45,495 bases of DNA from Reclinomonas americana ATCC 50394 (taxonomy: Eukaryota), in NCBI GenBank assembly GCA_048213135.1, contig PS015141.1, positions 1 to 45,495 of the forward strand. The letters are read 5' to 3'. The notes beneath the pieces were generated by a model. That model had not been told where the DNA came from, did no database searches, and saw only the letters and a list, made by a program, of their open reading frames with translations. Below are positions 37,432 to 45,495 of the stretch, piece after piece. Position 1 is the first letter of the stretch. Every line of letters starts with the position of its first letter. A program made the translations under genes and the position numbers.

Positions 37432-38370
37432 TCTCTCTCACGCCCAGACTCTCTGCAAGAGGAGGAGGAAGAGGAAGAGGAGGAGAAGGAGTAGGAGGAC
37501 GAGAAAGAAAGAGTACACTGCCTCTTGACAAGGAGGAGGCGGAGGAGGAGGAAGAGAGAGAGGGAATGCACGTGCGTGTTTCTGTGTCATCCTCATTGGT
37601 CATTTCCTCTTGGAAGATCTTCCTCATTAAACAACTGCTTTCTCTCTCTCTCTCTCTCTCACTGCCTCACTCTTGCTGTGCCTCACTCTCTTCAGCTCGC
37701 CAACTTGACGCAACTGCGAGATGTGGAGGCAACGCGCCGCGGTGACTCATCTCCACAGCAACAGATCCGCCACACGCTCCTTGTCCTCTCCTCAAGCACG
37801 CAGACACACACACACACACGCGAGACACCTGCGCGTCGACTCGAATTCGACTTTGGGTTGAGCGTGCCGTCCTGCGTCGATGTCGACGTCATCGAGTTCG
37901 CGCTTCGATCAATGGCTTGTGCGTCCTCCAAGCTGCTGTGATAGACAAGGATGTGTTGCACGCATGTAGCGCTGCGTGTGAGCGCCGCTGCGATTGTTCA
38001 ACACCAAATCTCCGACGTCGTGTCCCGTTTCTCCTCCGCTTCCGCTGTTGCGGCGAATGCAAGGTGAGACTCATGTAACACATTATGGGCATCACCAGCC
38101 AGCAGTGCGAATGTCTGCAGCGCGTATCAGTCCGCTTCTGTGGGCTGACTTCTTCGTTTTGTCCTGCACCCTCTTCCGGGTGCAGATCTCACTTCCTTTC
38201 GCCACTGTTCATCTCCATACACAATCACACCCACCACTGTCCAATCCCACCCCCGCCCTTGTCTCAAAACTGTTTTCCTTGTCAAGAACGTCGACGCGCC
38301 CGAATTTCTGCAACCGTTGCTCGATTTTCAGTGCATTTGACGAGAGAGTGCAAGGCGATTCTCTCTGCAC

Positions 38371-41300
38371 ATGGGTGCGGTGGCCAGTCGCGGTGAGCAT
38401 GTAGTGGATGTGGGCTCTCATGCCACTGTCGTCGAGGCCAATGGCGACTGGATGCTGAGCGAATCGGAGGGCGATGCCTCGTCGATCGCCAGTGCGGCGA
38501 TTGAGCAACCACAGCAGAGGAAGAAGAAGAAGAAGAAGAGAAAGTCGACGCGTCTGCAGGAGCATGAGTGTGCGGCGGTGGGGCGTGCCGACTGTGACAT
38601 GTATCACGAGGAGGATGGAGTGGGGTCGTCGCGGGTGGAGGTGGTGGGTGGCGCTGGCTGGGAGCACGAGTCGACGGATATATGGACGCGGGCGCTGGCG
38701 GAGTTGATTGCGTTGGAGCAGGAGGGGCCGCCGGAAGTGTGTCGCTTTAATGTGAGTGGGAAGGGGAGGAGATGAGGGAAGGAATGAGGGAAGAGATGAG
38801 GGAAAGAATGGGGGAAGGGATGAGGGAAGGAAGGGAGAGGGACGTGCTCCTCTGCGTCGCTGTGCTCCTCGCTTGTCGCTATGCTCTTGTCATAGCTATG
38901 CTCCTTGCGTCGCTGCGCTCCTTGCGTCGCTGCGCTCCTTGTCGTCGCTGTGCTCCTCCTTTGTCGCTGTGCTCCTCCTTTGTCGCTGTGCCCCACCTTT
39001 GTCGCTGTGCTCCACCTTTGTCGCTGTGCTCCACCTTTGTCGCTGTGCTCCTCCTTTGTCACTGTTCTCCTTATTGCTGCACTCCTTGTCGTCGCTGTGC
39101 TCCTTGTCGTCGCAGTGCTCCTTGTCGTCGCTGTGCTCCTTGTCGTCGCAGTGCTCCATGTCCTCGCAGTGCTCCTTGTCGTCGCTGTGCTCCTTGTCGT
39201 CGCTGTGCTCCTCTGCGTCGCTGTGCTCCTCTGCGTCGCTGTGCTCCTCTGCGTCGCTGTGCTCCTCTGCGTCGCTGTGCTCCTCTGCGTCGCTGTGCTC
39301 CTCTGCGTCGCTGTGCTCCTCTGCGTCGCTGTGCTCCTCTGCGTCGCTGTGCTCCTCTGCGTCGCTGTGCTCCTCTGNNNNNNNNNNNNNNNNNNNNNNN
39401 NNNNNNNNNNNNNNNNNNNNNNNNNNNNNNNNNNNNNNNNNNNNNNNNNNNNNNNNNNNNNNNNNNNNNNNNNNNNNNNNNNNNNNNNNNNNNNNNNNNN
39501 NNNNNNNNNNNNNNNNNNNNNNNNNNNNNNNNNNNNNNNNNNNNNNNNNNNNNNNNNNNNNNNNNNNNNNNNNNNNNNNNNNNNNNNNNNNNNNNNNNNN
39601 NNNNNNNNNNNNNNNNNNNNNNNNNNNNNNNNNNNNNNNNNNNNNNNNNNNNNNNNNNNNNNNNNNNNNNNNNNNNNNNNNNNNNNNNNNNNNNNNNNNN
39701 NNNNNNNNNNNNNNNNNNNNNNNNNNNNNNNNNNNNNNNNNNNNNNNNNNNNNNNNNNNNNNNNNNNNNNNNNNNNNNNNNNNNNNNNNNNNNNNNNNNN
39801 NNNNNNNNNNNNNNNNNNNNNNNNNNNNNNNNNNNNNNNNNNNNNNNNNNNNNNNNNNNNNNNNNNNNNNNNNNNNNNNNNNNNNNNNNNNNNNNNNNNN
39901 NNNNNNNNNNNNNNNNNNNNCGTCGCTGTGCTCCTCCTGTCGCTGTTCTCCTTGCGTCGCTGTGCTTTTTGTCGTCGCAGTGCTCCTCTCCGTCGCTGTG
40001 CTCCTTGTTGTCGCTGTGCTCCTTGTCGCTGTGCTTCTTGTCGCTGTGCTCCTTGCGTCGCTGTGCTTTTTGTCGTCGCAGTGCTCCTCTCCGTCGCTGT
40101 GCTCCTTGTTGTCGCTGTGCTCCTTGTCGCTGTGCTTCTTGTCGCTGTGCTCCTTGTCGCTGTGCTCCTTGTCGCTGTGCTTCTTGTCGCTGTGCTCCTT
40201 GCGTCGCTGTGCTCCTTGCGTCGCTGTGCTCCTTGCCTCGCTGTGCTCCTTGCGTCGCTGTGCTCCTTGCGTCGCTGTGCTCCTGTGCGTCGCTGTGTTC
40301 CTCCTACGTCGCTGTGCTCCTCCTGCGTCGCTGTGCTCCTTGTTGCTGTGCTCCTTGCGTCGCTGTGCTCCTTCCCTTCGATGTGCTCCTGCCGTCGCTG
40401 TGCTCCTTGTGTCGCTTGTTGCTCTTTCGCCCCCTTCTAGCTGTTCTTATCCTCACCGTTAGAGTTCCCGCAGGTGGTCATTGCCGGCGACAGTGGCGTC
40501 GGCAAGTCGGCGTTTATTCGCGCCGCTCTCGGTCACCAATTTGTGTCCCGCCACACGCACACTGCTGGCGTGGCCTTGCACATGATGCAGTATCGCAGTG
40601 AGGATGGGCGGCGCATTCAAGTGCAGGTTTGCAACGCAAATGTCTGATAAGCAAGTTGCGTTGACTTACTCTGCGGCGCAGTTGATTGAGCGCTCTGGCG
40701 ATCCGCGGTACCAGTGTATGACTGAGGAATATGTGCGAGCGGCTGATGCAATGATTGTGCTAATCGACTCGTCGACATTCTCCTTTGAGGCGCCTGCAGA
40801 GTCTTCGTATGGACGGTCGAAACAAGTTACGTCTCTGCGGGCGTCACTATTTATTTCTTGATTCTAATCTCTGCTTTAGTACTTTGCCAGTGCCGACGAG
40901 TATCACCCGCAAGGTGACGACGATGAGTTTGTGCGAGTGTTGCTGGGCACAAAGGTGCTGTTTGTCACCCCTGTCATTTTCACTTGCTGAATCTCACACC
41001 ATGTACAGGCCGACCTGGTGCGCGCGGAAGCCGCCATTGGTCGCCCCGGAGGAGTACCGTCGTTCCTCGCCGTCGAGGCATCGCTCAATGTCGATCGAAC
41101 CACCGGCTTGCGATACACGGCGGTGTCGGCCAAGGTACTCCCTTGCTCTTCCTCACTCATCACAACTCTCTCCACTCTCTCACCCCCCCGCAGACACACC
41201 CCGCAAGCATTCGCGACATTGTGAAGACGGTGGTGTTGCGCATTCAGCAGCGACAGGCCGAGGTGGAGCAGTGGTTTCCGGAGATGGCGTACTTTTCGCC

Positions 41301-44300
41301 GCTGTCGCTGCCGACGCTGACGCAGCACATTTGTGGCGGATGCACGCAGCAGGGTGGCAGTGTGGGGTTGTTGGGGGGTGCGCTGTCGCCGCGGTCGGTG
41401 CCGTATGCGTTTTTGTCGGCGGAGGAGGCGAGGGAGTGGAGGTTGCATGATCCGAATGTGTCGGGGTTGGATAGGAGGGGGAATCGGTTGCCGGATCCAG
41501 AGAGGGTGAGGAGGTGAGTGGGAAAAGGGAAAGGGGGAATAGGGGGAAGGGGGGAATGAGGGAAAGGGGGGAAGGGGGAAGGGGGAAGGGGGGAGGGAAA
41601 GAGGGAAGGGGCGGGGGAGGGGGAAGGTGGAAGAGGAGGTTAGCGGGGAAGGCGGAGAAGGGGGAGGAAACGGAGGAGAGAACGAAGTACAGAACGGAAG
41701 AGTGAGTGGGACGGAGTAGGGAACGGAGGAGGGAATGGAGGAGGGAATGGAGGAGGGAATGGAGGAGGGAATGGAGGAGGGAATGGAGGAGGGAATGGAG
41801 GAGGGAATGGAGGAAGAGAGGGAGAAGGCATAGAAAATAGGTGATAGTCAAGGGAAAGTGACGTAAACGAGAGTGAGGGAAGATGGATTGAGAGAGTAGA
41901 GGAAGAAATGAGTGAGAATGAATGACTGAGCGCCGAAAGAGTGAGTATGCGAGTTTACCATAGATTTTGTGAACGTCGACAGTGAGAGGGTGGAGGGCAG
42001 TGAGTGTGTGGGCTTGCTATTGAATGGATGTGTGAGAGGCTGACTGTGGTGAGAAGAAGAATGAAATGAGGCTGCTCGAGTAAGTGGACGAGTGTATGCA
42101 TGTGAATGATTTGAGAGAAGGTGTGGATGTGTGAGAAAAAGCGCCCGAGTACAACAGATTGGCAATATGAAGTAATGAGGGAAAGCAAGCCGTGAACTGA
42201 GGTGCTGTAATGGTGCATATAAAGAGTGAGGAAACTGACAGACATGGTCATGAAGAAGAATAGTTCGGGCAGATAGTGAGTCAGTTCGCTGTTGTGTTTT
42301 TTGTCTCTCTTATCGCTGTCGCTCTATCGCTGTCGCTCTTGTCGCCGTCACTTTTGTCGCTGTCACTCTTGTCGCTGTCGCTCTCGTGTGGCTGTCGCTC
42401 GTGTCGCTGTCTCGCTCGTGTCGCTGTCTCGCTCGTGTCGCTGTCGCTCTCGTCGCTGTCGCTCTCGTCGCTGTCGCTCTCGTCGCTGCCGCTCTCGTCG
42501 CTGCCGCTCTCGTCGCTGTCGCTTTCGTCGCTTTCGCTCTCGTCGCTTTCGCTCTCGTCGCTGTCGCTCTCGTCGCTGTCGCTCTCGTCGCTGTCGCTCT
42601 TGTTGCCGTCGCTCTTGTCTGTCGCTCTTATCGCTGTCGCTGTGCTCCTTGTCGCTGTGCTCCTTGTCGCTGTGCTCCTTGTCGCTGTGCTCCTTGTCGC
42701 TGTGCTCCTTGTCGCTGTGCTCCTTGTCGCTGTGCTCCATGTCGCTGTGCTCCTTGTCGCTGTGCTCCATGTCGCTGTGCTCCTTGTCGCTGTGCTCCTT
42801 GTCGCTGTGCTCCATGTCGCTGTGCTCCATGTCGCTGTGCTCCTTGTCGCCGTGCTCCTTGTCGCCGTGCTCCTTGTCGCCGTGCTCCTTGTCATTATCG
42901 CTCTTGTTGCTGTCGCTCACATTGACTTGCTGTGCATTGCCTATCTCTTTCTCTCTCCGTGTCTCGCCCCTTTCGCATTTCGCATCGCAGGGTGTATCGG
43001 AGGCTCGTCCGCCAGTTCAACCACAAGGAAGCCGCGGCTGGCGTCCATGTTGCGCCCGCCGGATACGCTCCAGAGACCGCGCCGTCGGTGGAGGAGTGGT
43101 CGGTGTTGGGTAGCCAGCCAGACGAAGTCAGCATGATCAGTGTGGAGATGGAGGGAGTGGGCGCTGGCGCACCGTGGGAGCAACATGCGGAGTACATGGA
43201 TGTGGTGAGTGGGCTTGGGAAGAAGTTGGTGGTATCTTGGCACTCAATCTCTTGTGGAGCAGGTCGACGTGAATGCCAACGACTCATGGCAGGATGACCC
43301 TGCAAACCAAGATGCGTTCTCGTATGGCGAGGCGGCGAGCAGCAGACGGCATTCTGTGACGCAGACGGTATGAAAGCAACAAGAGCAGGAACTGTGTTGA
43401 TTTGCAGTTCATCGCGCAACGCTTACAGCCCGGCGACTTTGTGACGCCGCGATTCGAGAGACGACAGAGTGTCGCGGTTGCGTTATTAGCTGGTGGTGCA
43501 TTGTCTCTTACGTTAGAACTAACTTTCCTTGACGCGCAGAGTGGGCGAGATGGGTGGACACCAGGGCGTGAGCGACGGAAGAGTATTACCGAGGTGAGCA
43601 CAGCACTTTAGTGTCACTGAAGAGAACGCTCAAGGAGCGCACTCGGTGTGCAGTGCATCCTCTCCGCAGAATTTGCACTCTCACCCTCATGCTGCGTGAT
43701 TACTCATCTACTGTTTGACTGTCGCGCAAGCACACATCGCCTGTACACGCAACAAGGTTGCATAGCAAGTGAGAGAGATTATTTGTGAGGAATAGGAGGG
43801 ATTATGTTGGAAAGATAGAGAAAATGTGTTGGTGTCGTTTGCGACACGTCTGGGAGTCGCACCGCTTGTGGGAATGAGCGGAAGACAGTTTGAAACAGGG
43901 AGTGCAGGTGTGCTGGTGTCATGTGCAGTAAGTCTGCGAGGGGCACCTTGGTGTAGAGGAAGGCATAGCGGACAATCTTTTGATGAATCCTGACATATCT
44001 GGACTTGATGCTCACAAACTTGCACAACAGAGCGGTGGGCCGTGGCCAGATTTCGAGCGGCGTCGCAGCATTGGCAGGGTGCGGTGCCCTTTACTCCTTT
44101 CACTCTGCTCTTGTGACCTCACGATCTGCGCAGCTCGGCGGCCATGAACGCCGGCAGAGCGTGACACAAGTTGCGACTGCACACCGCGCCGACTGAGATG
44201 CTTGCGTGCTCATTCCTGACTTGACACATAGCTCGGCGATGAAGACTGGTCGCTGCCGCCTGACACCACAGAGCGCCGCCGCAGTATTGTAGCAGTTGCG

Positions 44301-45290
44301 TTATCAACGGACTGGTACTTTGGAAGAGACTCAGATGCTGTCTCAACTGAAGAGAGACCACTGGTAGAACGTGCACTTGCTCGGCGCTGTCACTATTTCT
44401 CATTTTCTGACGCGAGAGCTCTGGTAGAACACGCACTTGCACGGCGCTGTCACTTTTCCTCATTGTCTGATGATAGAGCTTTGGTGAACGCGCACTTGCT
44501 CGGCGTTGTCACTGGTTTCATTTTCTAACGAGAGAGCTCTGATTCAACGACTTGCTCGGCGCTGTCACCAATTCTCATTCTGACGAGCAAGCTGTGGTAG
44601 ATACCGCGCTTGCTCGGCGTTGTCACTTTTCCTTATCGTCTGATGAGAGAGCGCTGGTAGAACGTATACTTGCTCGGCGTTGTCACTATTTCCCGTTTTT
44701 CGACGATAGAGCTGTGGTAGAACGACGCACAGTCGCCCTTTCCCCATTTCGAGGATGTCCTTAAGACGACCCACGTCTATTCTTTCCTGTTACAGTCGCT
44801 TTCTTCGTTCCGTTCCTTCTTGTCACTTCTGTTGTCGTTGTGCACACAGTGTGTACACTCGATTCGATTGCTTTTTTTGGTTCCTCTTGCAGTCACTCGC
44901 ATCAGTGCAAGCGTCTCTCATCACGGAGTGTTGTCGTTTCCTCTTGTTGGTCACATAATTTTTGCCGCGCTCAGGATGACGCCAGCATGGCCTCCACTGC
45001 CTTTGGACGACGCAAGAGTCTGAACATGGTCCGCTACTCTCTTGTTGTCGCCCCTTTCCCCTGTCAAGCTCCACCTAACCTTGCTGCTGCAGGAGGAGCT
45101 GCTGGCCGCGATTGCCGAGAGACGCGATCGCAAGCGGCAGATTGCCAATTTTCTGCGCACCGCCGGTTACAACACGGGCGACTTGGGGGAGCCGGTGATG
45201 CACGACTTCACTTCCAGTTCGTCGTCCAGTGACTCGAATGTGCCGGAGGCGGAGCCCAATAGTGCAAGTGACAATGATGATTCAGCGCAG
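38371..45290 (+). CDS. Atypical Rab/Ras-superfamily GTPase with N- and C-terminal extensions, 3' incomplete; exons 38371-38751, 40474-40626, 40682-40825, 40880-40954, 41009-41134, 41194-41513, 42991-43204, 43263/43293-43367, 43408-43476, 43540-43593, 44031-44078, 44134-44169, 44232-44294, 44975-45028, 45093-45290
   Basis: G1 FN/VVIAGDSGVGKS, G2 HTAG, G3-equivalent VQ/LIERSGDPRY...EEYVRAADAMIVLID, G4 VLLGTK/ADL, G5 YTAVSAK. All phases are compatible. Confidence 0.85.
38845..40420. repeat. Intronic 15-21 bp minisatellite (GTCGCTGTGCTCCT core)
   Basis: Directly visible array with internal gap. Confidence 0.92.
42310..42920. repeat. Intronic 15-mer arrays (TCGTCGCTGTCGCTC then GTCGCTGTGCTCCTT)
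   Basis: Directly visible; same core as the 38.9-40.4 kb array. Confidence 0.92.
44350..44725. repeat. Intronic ~58 bp degenerate minisatellite, ~6 units
   Basis: Unit approx. GAGAGCTCTGGTAGAACGCGCACTTGCTCGGCGCTGTCACTTTTCCTCATTGTCTGAT. Confidence 0.85.
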
Positions 45291-45367
45291 GTTGGTTTTG
45301 ATGGGGAAGGGTGGATTGTTGTTCTTGTTGCGAAGGTCGATCTTCGCCATGCGGATAGTCCCGCCTT

Positions 45368-45399
<32 letters not shown>

Positions 45400-45419
45400 C
45401 CTCTCTCTCTCTGCCCTCA

Positions 45420-45477
<58 letters not shown>

Positions 45478-45495
45478 CTCTCTCTCTCTACTCTA

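Noticed and set aside
38756-42925. Long repetitive ORFs (RRCAP, VAVLL, SLCS, KEHSD, RSTAT repeats)
   Set aside because: Translations of stop-free intronic minisatellites, open in most frames and lying between well-supported GTPase exons.
44350-44745. 58-bp repeat as additional RRxS exons (ARRCH, VERRTV translations)
   Set aside because: Unit length is not consistently 3n, there are no matching splice sites, and the motif is not RRxS.

Overview
Eukaryotic, intron-rich protist-type DNA from a gapped draft assembly. Exons are GC-rich and introns are inflated by micro- and minisatellites. COX19 implies an aerobic mitochondrion. Splicing the exons by hand gives about nine protein genes and one tRNA, in order: a membrane protein, tRNA-Lys(CTT), TRAP-alpha/SSR1, a small coiled-coil protein, a large Pro/Arg-rich protein, COX19, a Pro-rich protein, a large PEX39-like peroxin, a HAPSTR1-like protein and an atypical Rab-like GTPase that runs off the window. 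Most ORF-track entries are intronic repeat noise. Three observations stand out. (1) About a quarter of the modelled introns start GTTGCG(T), a +1-shifted 5' splice site, including two homology-anchored introns of SSR1. (2) One gene appears to fuse a PEX5L/Pex20/Pex21-type PEX7-binding segment with PEX39-type domains, a Pex14-like coiled coil and two SFEDI (LIR-like) motifs. (3) A possibly myristoylated Rab-like GTPase has a degenerate G3 box and a tail of seven phase-0 micro-exons, each carrying an RRxS PKA-type site. Family calls come from recalled motifs; no searches were run.
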